From: a virus
Strand: one strand, 5' to 3'
Length of the DNA stretch: 64,000 nt
Virus record (IMG/VR): IMGVR_UViG_3300034418_007369
Coordinates: 1 to 64,000 of that record
Shown here one piece after another: positions 16,049 to 24,826 of this stretch. Within the stretch, counting starts at the first letter, position 1. The number at the start of each line of letters is the position of its first letter. The position numbers and the translations under genes are program-made. The notes under the pieces are model-generated. The model did not search any database. It saw nothing but the letters and a program-made list of their open reading frames with translations, and was not told where the DNA came from.

Positions 16049-17131
16049 ATGCCAATACCAGAAAAAAAAGAAGGCGAAGAAAGACAACAATATGTTACAA
16101 GATGTATGTCTACGCCAATAATGAAAAAAGATTACCCCGACAACTCTCAAAGAGTGGCTGTTTGTCTTAGTAAAGCCTGTGAAGATATGGGCGAGATGGC
16201 CGCCGCTGACTTCGCTTATAACTATGAAACATTTGGATATACCGAAGAGCTAAATGAGGACAACTTCTATGTTCCCACAGAAGCAGAATATGAAGAAGTA
16301 GAAGGCGAAGAGACAATAGAATGGGATGTCGCTGCCGAACGACCCGGATTGTGGGAGAATATTCGCAGAAAGAAAGAGCGCGAGGGCAAGAATTACAAGC
16401 CAGCCAAGACCGTAGAAGAGGGTAGACCAACCCAAGACCAGCTAAAGCGAGCGCAGTCTGAGTATGAGGCTTACGCAGATCACGCAGAAGCAGACAAGCC
16501 GAGCAAAGATGATCCACGCAGAACGCCCGCGCCCAAAAAAGATCAGAAGAAAGGTTCTGATAAAAACAAACCAGACAGCGCGAAAAATCCAAGCGGCAAA
16601 ATCACTTTCAGTAAAGAGGTGACTGCCCAACTTTCTGCAAAAGTAAAAGAACACAACGCAAAAGGCAAAGGCTCTAAGGCAACTTTGGGTATGCTCAAAG
16701 CCGTATATCGTCGTGGAGCTGGCGCTTATTCGACGAGCCATGCTCCAAAAATGAGTCGTCATGGATGGGCTATCGCAAGAGTTAATGCCTTCTTAACATT
16801 ACTTAGAACCGGAAAACCCTCAAACTCGAACTACACCACTGATAACGATTTGCTGCCTAAAGGACATCCTAGAAAATCCAAGGCCGCAGAGTATCAGGGA
16901 CGTAAGGTTACTCTAAACAAGCCGTTCCGAACTCCAGATGGGCCAAAAAAGTTCGCAGTTTACACCAAAAATGGAAGCGGTAAGGTTGTTATCGTGCGCT
17001 TTGGAGACCCAAACATGGAAATCAAGAAAGACAATCCAGCACGACGAAAGAGCTTTAGAGCGAGACATAAGTGCGATACAGCTCCCGGCCCGAAGTGGAA
17101 AGCTAGATATTGGTCTTGCAAAAAATGGTAG
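16049..17131 (+). CDS. Modular basic phage protein (DUF5824-like plus DUF6321-like modules)
   Basis: LKAVYRRGAGAY..WAIARVNAF and VRFGD..RRKSFRARHKC..ARYWSCKKW modules. Confidence 0.65.
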   Translation: MPIPEKKEGEERQQYVTRCMSTPIMKKDYPDNSQRVAVCLSKACEDMGEMAAADFAYNYETFGYTEELNEDNFYVPTEAEYEEVEGEETIEWDVAAERPGLWENIRRKKEREGKNYKPAKTVEEGRPTQDQLKRAQSEYEAYADHAEADKPSKDDPRRTPAPKKDQKKGSDKNKPDSAKNPSGKITFSKEVTAQLSAKVKEHNAKGKGSKATLGMLKAVYRRGAGAYSTSHAPKMSRHGWAIARVNAFLTLLRTGKPSNSNYTTDNDLLPKGHPRKSKAAEYQGRKVTLNKPFRTPDGPKKFAVYTKNGSGKVVIVRFGDPNMEIKKDNPARRKSFRARHKCDTAPGPKWKARYWSCKKW

Positions 17132-17141
17132 GAGATATACA

Positions 17142-17438
17142 ATGATACGGGGTGTAAAAGCTGGTAAAATTTACAGAGTCGAAAATAAAGATAAGCATGG
17201 AGCAGCAAACGATCACTATAATATGGTGATAATTGAGTGCAGTGATGGCTCTATTGATGAAATATTATTGACTGATTCTGAAGTAATAAAAGGATTAGAA
17301 AGAACCAAAAGAAATAGAGAGGATATACCAAAATACTCTTTAGATTCAGATTGCTGTGCTTACTGGTATGGGCTAATCATTATCTCGGCCATATCTAGTG
17401 CTTTAGGATACTTTATCAGAGATTTAAATTTATTTTAA
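17142..17438 (+). CDS. Hypothetical protein with C-terminal TM
   Basis: AGGAG RBS before ATG 17142. Confidence 0.6.
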   Translation: MIRGVKAGKIYRVENKDKHGAANDHYNMVIIECSDGSIDEILLTDSEVIKGLERTKRNREDIPKYSLDSDCCAYWYGLIIISAISSALGYFIRDLNLF

Positions 17439-17451
17439 AACGATAGGACGA

Positions 17452-18519
17452 TTGATGATTAATTTGCAGACTCCAATTAATTCGCTTGGATATGGTGTCG
17501 CCGGATATAATATATTAAAAGAGCTTTTTGCTAGAGATGATTCAGTTGCTTTATATCCAATAGGAAAACCGGATCAAACGGATGACTTTATAGCTAAAGC
17601 CATAAGCAATATATCAAACTTAAAATTAAACAGGTCGCACGTTAAAATATGGCATCAACATGACCTCTTTCAAAGAGTCGGCAACGGTAAGCATTTTGGA
17701 TTTCCTATCTTCGAGTTAACCGAGTTCGACCAAAGAGAAAAAGTAAGCCTTCATCATTGTGACGAGCTATTGGTCTGTTCTAAATGGGCTTCTGAAATCG
17801 TCGATAACCAGACAGGAATCAAAGCCAGTGTTGTTCCGCTTGGTGTAGACACTAAAATATTCTATCCTAACAGCCAGTATCAGGTGCATAATCCTTATAA
17901 AACAATCTTTTTTAATTGTGGGAAATGGGAAAAAAGAAAAGGTCATGATATTTTAGGGGAATGTTTCAATAAGGCTTTCACAAAATACGATAATGTAGAA
18001 CTGTGGATGATGTGCGACAATCCATTTTTAAAGCCAGAACAAAAAGAGTATTGGGAAAAACTTTACAAAACGTCGGGACTTGGCGATAAGATCCGACTAA
18101 TCCCTAGACAGCAACGGCATGAGGATGTTGCTAGGCTTATGAATATGGCTGACTGTGGAGTGTTTCCTGCGCGAGCAGAGGGGTGGAACCTTGAGTTGCT
18201 TGAGATGATGGCGTGCGGTAAACACGTTATAACCACCAACTACTCAGCTCATACAGAGTTCTGCTCCCCCGTAAATTCACGACTCATAAACATAGAAAAC
18301 TTGGAAACAGCTTTTGACGGGGTGTTTTTTGATGGTAAAAAAGGACTTTGGGCAGAATTGTCTTGCGATCAAGAGAATGTCGTGATAGAATATATGAGAG
18401 ATGTCCACAGGCTAAAACAAGGCGGGCAGCTCATGGTTAATAATAATGGAATAGAAACGGCTAATAAATTTTCTTGGAAGAACACTGTTGATAAGCTATT
18501 GGAGGCTATAAATGAATAA
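17452..18519 (+). CDS. Glycosyltransferase family 4
   Basis: GKWEKRKG and EGWNLELLEMMACG. Confidence 0.88.
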   Translation: MMINLQTPINSLGYGVAGYNILKELFARDDSVALYPIGKPDQTDDFIAKAISNISNLKLNRSHVKIWHQHDLFQRVGNGKHFGFPIFELTEFDQREKVSLHHCDELLVCSKWASEIVDNQTGIKASVVPLGVDTKIFYPNSQYQVHNPYKTIFFNCGKWEKRKGHDILGECFNKAFTKYDNVELWMMCDNPFLKPEQKEYWEKLYKTSGLGDKIRLIPRQQRHEDVARLMNMADCGVFPARAEGWNLELLEMMACGKHVITTNYSAHTEFCSPVNSRLINIENLETAFDGVFFDGKKGLWAELSCDQENVVIEYMRDVHRLKQGGQLMVNNNGIETANKFSWKNTVDKLLEAINE

Positions 18520-18742
18520 AAAAAATCAGTTGCTAAATGCGGCAGAATCACACTATAGGTCGTTATTAGATAGATATACACTATCAATTTCTAACATTGT
18601 TGAGCGAGGCGAAGCGTCTGGAGATAAAGATCTCGATCAACTAATTGACAACATCCAAAAATATACTAATATACTATCTCAGTATAATTTTATACAAAGA
18701 CTTAAAGCACAATCTCCTAAAGAAGAAGAAAATGCTAACTAA
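18512..18742 (+). CDS. Hypothetical protein
   Basis: GGAGG RBS. Confidence 0.65.
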   Translation: MNKKNQLLNAAESHYRSLLDRYTLSISNIVERGEASGDKDLDQLIDNIQKYTNILSQYNFIQRLKAQSPKEEENAN

Positions 18743-19127
18743 ACTGACTATAATTTTTGCAAAAATAGAGAAAAAGAGACAGATATTTTCTGATGAATAT
18801 TTCATGCTTTTTTTAAATAAAGAAAATAAGTTACCTTCGGAAACGGTAACGCAGTCGGGAATAAGCGCCTGCATGGATAAAATTTTCGGAAAATATTTTA
18901 AAATAGATAAGCACTGGCCTAATATAAAATTATCTGATGCTAGGGTTTATTTAGATTCTGGAAAATTAACGACAGAGCTGGTTTATACATGCTTTATACC
19001 CTCTGTTTGGTCGATAGAAAAAACCGGCGGTTTTTATACGAGGAAAACAATTAACGACTTATCAATAAAAATTGATCCGTTTTTACTGGACGTTATATCT
19101 AAGCAGTCTGCTTCTGTGTATAGATAG
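18732..19127 (+). CDS. Hypothetical protein
   Basis: ORF track; start uncertain. Confidence 0.55.
   Translation: MLTKLTIIFAKIEKKRQIFSDEYFMLFLNKENKLPSETVTQSGISACMDKIFGKYFKIDKHWPNIKLSDARVYLDSGKLTTELVYTCFIPSVWSIEKTGGFYTRKTINDLSIKIDPFLLDVISKQSASVYR
19115..19122 (+). promoter_or_regulatory. Class B motif TGTGTATA
   Basis: About 33 nt before ORF 19155. Confidence 0.5.
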
Positions 19128-19154
19128 GTATAGCTTTATAAATGAGGTGTTGTT

Positions 19155-19472
19155 TTGGAAGAAGATCAAGCTGCCTGTATAGTAATAGAATGCTCCGCTG
19201 ACGGAGAATTGTCATTTTCCTGTGATTGGATTGGAGCGGAAGATGGTATAACTTCTATGGCGACCATCCTTATGGCTTTAGATAATCAATCTTTAAGCGA
19301 AAAAATATTAGAAAACTTAAAAAGTTTACATAAAGAATCGCAAGGCGAACAGGATCAGGTATTAAAAATAGATGCTTTTTATCGAGCTATTAAAAAATTA
19401 GCAGATCATAGAAATCAGTATGAAGATGAAGATGTTGTCGTATATCCACTAGACGTTTCCTCGTTAATGTAG
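19155..19472 (+). CDS. Hypothetical acidic protein
   Basis: GAGGT RBS, TTG start. Confidence 0.6.
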   Translation: MEEDQAACIVIECSADGELSFSCDWIGAEDGITSMATILMALDNQSLSEKILENLKSLHKESQGEQDQVLKIDAFYRAIKKLADHRNQYEDEDVVVYPLDVSSLM

Positions 19473-19479
19473 GATTATA

Positions 19480-20124
19480 ATGAAAACAAAAAAGAAGATA
19501 TCTTGGGAAAGCTGGAACGCAAAAGTTGTAGAGTACTTGTCCCAAGATGAAGAAAAAGAAGCGGCTATTCAAGATGTCGAATTGTCTGAATCGGAAAGCC
19601 AATTTTTTTTTCCGGTTCCACAAAGTAACGTACTCTACACTCCAATGGGGGCTTATCCTGAAGAATCAATGCTAAAACCATCGGACAGATGGGACTGCTG
19701 GACAGCCTCTACTAACTTTCCTATAACTAAAAAAATTGTAAACATACTAAATGAAGAGATTGATGGTGTCGAAGCTTTGAAAATCATGGGTAAATATTCA
19801 TTTTTTATTGGTGTGGCTCAGATGTTTGACATAAGAGACGTGCGAAAACAAATAGATGAAAAAATTTGCTCTTATACCGAGAACGAGATATTTGAGAATA
19901 ATGAAATACAAGAAACTGTGAATTTATTAAAAAACCAGTTGAAAGATAATAATTTCTGGTCTATACTAGTATACCCAGAAGGTATGGTTGAATATGTTGT
20001 TGCTAACGAAATTAATGCTGAATATCTTGACGCCTTGAGTTCGTTAATAGAAAAGAAAAATAACTTTGGTGGAATAATTTTGAGGAGTGATAATGGACAG
20101 CAGAATGAACGAGCTTATGAGTGA
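19480..20124 (+). CDS. Hypothetical protein
   Basis: 214-aa ORF with RBS. Confidence 0.7.
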   Translation: MKTKKKISWESWNAKVVEYLSQDEEKEAAIQDVELSESESQFFFPVPQSNVLYTPMGAYPEESMLKPSDRWDCWTASTNFPITKKIVNILNEEIDGVEALKIMGKYSFFIGVAQMFDIRDVRKQIDEKICSYTENEIFENNEIQETVNLLKNQLKDNNFWSILVYPEGMVEYVVANEINAEYLDALSSLIEKKNNFGGIILRSDNGQQNERAYE

Positions 20125-20554
20125 TCCTAATGTAGTAGGAATTATGAACGCGGTTGGCGCTAGATATAGGTCTATTGACCCAGATCAACTAGACTCAATT
20201 AAATTAAATACGCTTTGGGAGTGCGCCAAGAAATATGATCCCAAAAGAGGCACTAAATTTACTTCGTTTTTATATCAAAATCTAGTGTTCGCGTTTAAGA
20301 ACGAGCTAAAAAAGAGAATCAGAGAGTTTCCAACGGAAACTATTGAGGCTAATACCCCGTCTAGAGCGTCTAGTCTTACGGACATTTTTGATGGTATGCC
20401 AAAAGAATATGCATCGCTACTAGAACAGAAGTATGTATACAATATGACCATGAATGAAATCGGCAATCAAAATGGTTATAGTCGAGAAACGGCCAGAAGA
20501 AAAGTGGCGAAAGCGGTTAAATTTTATAAAAACAATAACAAGATTGAAATCTGA
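20093..20554 (+). CDS. Phage sigma-70 family RNA polymerase sigma factor (regions 2 and 4)
   Basis: LWECAKKYDPKRGTKFTSF (region 2) and MTMNEIG...GYSRETARR (region 4 HTH). Confidence 0.85.
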   Translation: MDSRMNELMSDPNVVGIMNAVGARYRSIDPDQLDSIKLNTLWECAKKYDPKRGTKFTSFLYQNLVFAFKNELKKRIREFPTETIEANTPSRASSLTDIFDGMPKEYASLLEQKYVYNMTMNEIGNQNGYSRETARRKVAKAVKFYKNNNKIEI

Positions 20555-20556
20555 AT

Positions 20557-20564
20557 TGTGTATA
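20557..20564 (+). promoter_or_regulatory. Class B motif TGTGTATA before the putative structural gene
   Basis: Immediately after the sigma gene stop codon. Confidence 0.55.
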
Positions 20565-20641
20565 TCAATCTAGGAACTGGACCTTATATCGGATTTGGAA
20601 AATTGTAGTTTATTTCATCACTTTTACATGGAGAACTTATA

Positions 20642-21310
20642 ATGGCAGTTCCTAGTAGCAATAGCCACCTAGTCAATACTACTGGTGGATCGTTTTCGGC
20701 CCAATCTCAGGGCGGAACAATTCTTGGAAACATCACCACTGGCGGTGTTATCACTAGAGCTTCGTCACTCAAAGACAACGCTTCTGATTTCGGCAAGACT
20801 CCGGGGCCAGTAGAAGCAGCAAACGGCCTTGTTGCAAATACCAAGGCTTTGAGCGGCGGAACTTTCGCATATAGTTCGGCTGGCAACTATGTCATCCGTA
20901 CAATTAGCACTACTCTTTCTGGCGTGGCTGGCACGAAAATGTTGATTCCGGGATCGGATTCCAACACTCGTCGCTCGATTCATCAGTTTGAACACTCCTT
21001 TGGTGCTAAGACTTTGACCAAGTTTAGAGCTGGTCAGTACACCTTGACCGGAACCAAGGCAAACGGTTCGTCAAACCTCTCCAGACTAATCTGGTTGAAC
21101 GCTGGCGGAACCGCTGCTCAGGCTCCAGTAGCATTGAACGAAAACATGCACGACATCGCGGATGGTGATGAAGCGGATAGAGCAGCAGACAGCGCTGCAA
21201 ATCCAAGCAGAGCTATTCCGGGCGAATTGGTTATGAAAGTTGACTTCGTTACCACCAATGTAGCTTCTGGTGGCGACTTCTTCGATTACAAGCCAATCAC
21301 TGGTAAGTAA
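20642..21310 (+). CDS. Putative virion structural protein (G/S/T/A-rich)
   Basis: Composition, RAIPGELV motif, and its own class B motif and terminator. Confidence 0.5.
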   Translation: MAVPSSNSHLVNTTGGSFSAQSQGGTILGNITTGGVITRASSLKDNASDFGKTPGPVEAANGLVANTKALSGGTFAYSSAGNYVIRTISTTLSGVAGTKMLIPGSDSNTRRSIHQFEHSFGAKTLTKFRAGQYTLTGTKANGSSNLSRLIWLNAGGTAAQAPVALNENMHDIADGDEADRAADSAANPSRAIPGELVMKVDFVTTNVASGGDFFDYKPITGK

Positions 21311-21336
21311 TTTATTATTTTATAAATAATTATTCT

Positions 21337-21370
21337 GGGGTTGGCGGCAATCGTTGCCAGCCCCTTTTTT
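21337..21370 (+). terminator. Rho-independent terminator
   Basis: GGGGTTGGCGGC-AATC-GTTGCCAGCCCC-TTTTTT. Confidence 0.88.
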
Positions 21371-21384
21371 CGCCAAGGTGTGAA

Positions 21385-21939
21385 ATGAGCATTACCGATA
21401 TATTAATTATGATAATTGAGGTTGTTATTATACCATTTTGCGTTTGGCTTGCGGCTCTTTTTTGGAAAAAAATTATAAAACCCGTGGCTAAAATGGTCAA
21501 GGGGCATGATTATTTAGTGTGTAGCATTAAAGAAATAAAACACGAACTAACTACCAATGGTGGATCGTCTATAAAAGATGCTATCAACAGAATAGAAAGC
21601 AGGCAAATAACAGTAGACCATAGATCAAAAGCTATATTTTACAACTTTGAGCAGCCAATTTTTGAGATAAGTAGCACAGGAGATTTTCTTTGGTCAAATG
21701 AAAAATTCAAAGAGGCAACAGACCACAAAGAATTTAAAGGACTTGACTGGGTTAATATTGTAGATGAGCCAGAAAGACATCATGTGTTACATGAGTTTGA
21801 ATCTTGCTCAAAGGGCAACAGAGAAATAAAAATAAAAACTGTATCAATGGACGGTACATCTATATGTTTACACGGTTTCCCATATAGGGGAGAAAAGAAA
21901 AATCACGGTTTTTTAGTTTATTTAAAAATAGGAGAATGA
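21385..21939 (+). CDS. Single-TM protein with ELxxNGGSSxKD motif and C-terminal PAS-like domain
   Basis: TM segment; HELTTNGGSSIKD; IFEISSTGDFLWSNEKF...GLDWVNIVDEPER PAS pattern. Confidence 0.65.
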   Translation: MSITDILIMIIEVVIIPFCVWLAALFWKKIIKPVAKMVKGHDYLVCSIKEIKHELTTNGGSSIKDAINRIESRQITVDHRSKAIFYNFEQPIFEISSTGDFLWSNEKFKEATDHKEFKGLDWVNIVDEPERHHVLHEFESCSKGNREIKIKTVSMDGTSICLHGFPYRGEKKNHGFLVYLKIGE

Positions 21940-21940
21940 A

Positions 21941-22150
21941 ATGGGTTCAGCTAAATTCAAATTGAACTGGTCTGACATTATCGGTGTTGGCAAAAATGCG
22001 GCTCTTGTTGGTGGCGCTGCCGCGCTTACCGTTGTTGCACAGAGTCTTGGGACTATCGACCTTGGAACATATGGCCCTCTTGTAGTTCCGATTATCGCAG
22101 TAGGTCTTGATACTGCAATTAAATGGATGAAAAATAACGCAGCAGAATAG
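21941..22150 (+). CDS. Holin-like small two-TM protein
   Basis: 69 aa, two hydrophobic helices, basic C-terminus. Confidence 0.5.
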   Translation: MGSAKFKLNWSDIIGVGKNAALVGGAAALTVVAQSLGTIDLGTYGPLVVPIIAVGLDTAIKWMKNNAAE

Positions 22151-22159
22151 GACTATATC

Positions 22160-23083
22160 ATGGATTTTAAAACGCCACGCGAGCTTTTAAACGCTTATCG
22201 TGAAGGATTTAAAGGCGCAGAGTGTGACAAAAAAGAAGTCGCAAAACTGCTTGGCGAGCTTAAAAATCCACTATTCGGAGCTGCCGCATACCAATTATGG
22301 GGAGATGGAGAAGGGAAACTCTCTCTCCCGTTTAAATCTCTGTTAAAGTTCGACCCAAGTTTTGGGCCATCAGAACGTCAAACAACTGGCGACTGCGTAT
22401 CTCACGCCACTAGAAACGCTATAGACGTAACAAGAAGCGTAGAGATAGATATAAAGGGAGACATGGAGCAGTTTGTTGCCAGAGGTGCAACAGAGGCCAT
22501 CTACCAAAGCAGAGGACACAAAAAGCAAGGCATGATGTGTTCTACTGCTGCAAAATATGTTCATGAGCATGGGGGTATTGTATTAAGAAAAGATTACGGT
22601 ATTGTCGATCTATCTAAATATGATTCAAGCCTTGGCGCTAAACATAAAATCCCTTTTGATATTTATACAAAAGAAGCAAGAAAGCACCAAGTTAAAACCA
22701 TATCTTTAATCACAACTATACAGGAAGCGCGAGATGCGCTTGCTAATGGTTACGGTATCTCTGTCTGTTCTAGTTACGGCTTTTCTTCAAAGAGAGATAA
22801 ATATGGAATAGCTAAACGTAGTGGTGGCTGGTCACATGCTATGGCTTGGATCGCCTGCGATGATACAGACGAAAGATACAAAGAGTCATTGTTTCTAGTA
22901 CAGAATAGTTGGGGTAAATGGAATAGTGGCCCAAAATTCCATGAGCAGCCAGATGGTAGCTTTTGGATTAGAGAAAAAGACGCAAGAGGCATGTTGGCTC
23001 AAAAGGGAGCTTGGGTGTTTAGCGATGTAGATGGATTTCCAGCAAGAGAACTACCGGATTACGGAACTACAAAATTTTTATAG
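22160..23083 (+). CDS. Papain-like (C1) cysteine peptidase
   Basis: QTTGDCVSHA (Gln/Cys), WSHAM (His) and VQNSWG..W (Asn). Confidence 0.85.
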   Translation: MDFKTPRELLNAYREGFKGAECDKKEVAKLLGELKNPLFGAAAYQLWGDGEGKLSLPFKSLLKFDPSFGPSERQTTGDCVSHATRNAIDVTRSVEIDIKGDMEQFVARGATEAIYQSRGHKKQGMMCSTAAKYVHEHGGIVLRKDYGIVDLSKYDSSLGAKHKIPFDIYTKEARKHQVKTISLITTIQEARDALANGYGISVCSSYGFSSKRDKYGIAKRSGGWSHAMAWIACDDTDERYKESLFLVQNSWGKWNSGPKFHEQPDGSFWIREKDARGMLAQKGAWVFSDVDGFPARELPDYGTTKFL

Positions 23084-23092
23084 GATAGAAAG

Positions 23093-23545
23093 ATGAAATA
23101 TCTATCAACTTTGATTGTGCTTGTTTTATTTGTCGGATGCGCAGAAACAAAAAATAGTGAGTGGCAAAGCAACCCAGAATACAGAGCCTATATTGCAACA
23201 AGACTTGCCGATGCTATAATAGAGTATAACGTCATCACAGAAGAAGTTGTTGAAGAGGGCTGTGATGGTTCTGGCTGGATAACACAGGGGGATGGACATA
23301 AAACGGAGTGTCCCGGATGCGATGCCTGTAAATCTGCTGGCGACATACCACAAATAGAATGGTCAACAGATACGCTACTAGACATTCCACAAATATTAGA
23401 AGAATTTAAAATTCCGATTGAGGAAGAGCCTGAGCCTGAAGTCATCATAGAACCAGAGCCAACACAAGAAATAATAGTCGAAGAAAAACCAATAATTCAA
23501 ACTAATCAAGATAGGTCAAGAGGACTATTTAGGAGACGTAGGTAA
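23093..23545 (+). CDS. Lipoprotein with CxGxG..CPGC motif and Glu/Pro-rich tail
   Basis: Lipobox LFVGC; CDGSGW..CPGCDAC. Confidence 0.65.
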   Translation: MKYLSTLIVLVLFVGCAETKNSEWQSNPEYRAYIATRLADAIIEYNVITEEVVEEGCDGSGWITQGDGHKTECPGCDACKSAGDIPQIEWSTDTLLDIPQILEEFKIPIEEEPEPEVIIEPEPTQEIIVEEKPIIQTNQDRSRGLFRRRR

Positions 23546-23874
23546 TGAGTATAGAAAATTTAGCAGAAAGAATATCAGAGAGCGCCCAGAAAAAAGATGG
23601 AAATTACGGTATTGACCCTATCACTATTAGTATTATAATATCTATCGTTACAAACCTAATAAAACTATGGTGGGCTTGTAAAGATAAACAAAGCATTAAA
23701 GGAGAACTACAAAATCCGTCTCTTATTTTTAAGGTCTTGTTAAAAAGAGAGATACGAAAACGCGCGCGAAGAGAAGATAGGACTGCACTCTATGGGGCAT
23801 TTTTAGATGTTGTTCCGGCGCTAACCGAACAGGAAATTAATGAAATTATAAAACAAATTGGAGAACAGGAATGA
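23545..23874 (+). CDS. Membrane protein (IDP.TI.III motif)
   Basis: One TM segment. Confidence 0.65.
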   Translation: MSIENLAERISESAQKKDGNYGIDPITISIIISIVTNLIKLWWACKDKQSIKGELQNPSLIFKVLLKREIRKRARREDRTALYGAFLDVVPALTEQEINEIIKQIGEQE

Positions 23875-24146
23875 GTGAATTATTTAGTGCGTTGAGTGTA
23901 TTTCAGTGGTTCATGCTTGGCATTGGGGCGTTTTTGATTGGGCCAGTTTTATTTAGCAAAATCTTAGATAGATATGTACATGGAAAGCCAGAGCCTCCAC
24001 CTCTTCCGGGTGACGAGAGCCTCACTGACGTTGTAGAGTGCTGGGAAAATCTTAAAAAATTATGCAAGAGGCATGGATTAGCCGAGGCCGAACAAGAAGT
24101 CCACAAAGTCTTTCCTCTTTTTGCAAAATCAAAGGATGTGCTATGA
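23871..24146 (+). CDS. Membrane protein
   Basis: N-terminal TM followed by a Pro-rich linker. Confidence 0.65.
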   Translation: MSELFSALSVFQWFMLGIGAFLIGPVLFSKILDRYVHGKPEPPPLPGDESLTDVVECWENLKKLCKRHGLAEAEQEVHKVFPLFAKSKDVL

Positions 24147-24610
24147 GTGATAACCTTAGAATATTCTTAGCTTTAGTAGTTATTGTGGTTGGACTTTTTG
24201 GGGAAAAAGCTGCCGAATTTGTGAAAGATAACGTTGAAATTGTCGATGAGTCTGTGTATACTATCACTGAACCATCTTTGGAAAACAAAGAGCTTGTCAA
24301 GCCAATTACTGAGATTGAAATCTCCCCAGAAGATGCAAAACTAATTTCTTCATTTTATCTGGAATTAGCTGATGTAATTGACAAAGATGATACTATAATA
24401 GATTCTACAGGACAGTTTAGAAACCTAAACACTTTTGCCGGAGTGTTGCACTTTGATACATCTCTGTTAGGAAAATACGACTCTCTTGGAGAAAACATAG
24501 ACTCGGCTATTGTTAATACTATTGGAAAACAGGACGCGCCTATGGATGACGACAAAAGAGATGACTTGATCGAAATACTAAATGCGGTAGCTTGGAGTGT
24601 CACCCAATGA
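24143..24610 (+). CDS. Membrane-anchored acidic protein
   Basis: N-terminal TM; ATGA overlap. Confidence 0.65.
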   Translation: MSDNLRIFLALVVIVVGLFGEKAAEFVKDNVEIVDESVYTITEPSLENKELVKPITEIEISPEDAKLISSFYLELADVIDKDDTIIDSTGQFRNLNTFAGVLHFDTSLLGKYDSLGENIDSAIVNTIGKQDAPMDDDKRDDLIEILNAVAWSVTQ

Positions 24611-24792
24611 TTATCAACAAAATTTTAGATGTCCTTCTTGACAAATATGACATTGAAAAAGAAGATGTTGATAAAGTCAAAAAGATTTTAGATAAGGTGA
24701 GCTTTACAAAAAGAGATGGCAAAGATATAATGGTCATCAGTATAGGCGAAGGAATTGAGCTGTCTATAGTTCAGAAAAAAGAAGAAAAATAA
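24607..24792 (+). CDS. Hypothetical protein
   Basis: ATGA overlap. Confidence 0.6.
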   Translation: MIINKILDVLLDKYDIEKEDVDKVKKILDKVSFTKRDGKDIMVISIGEGIELSIVQKKEEK

Positions 24793-24826
24793 ATTAATTT
24801 AGTTTTACAATCATGAGGAATATTTA

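Noticed and set aside
24253-24260. TGTGTATA copy as a promoter for nrdJ
   Set aside because: Intragenic and about 570 nt from nrdJ; not distinguishable from chance.
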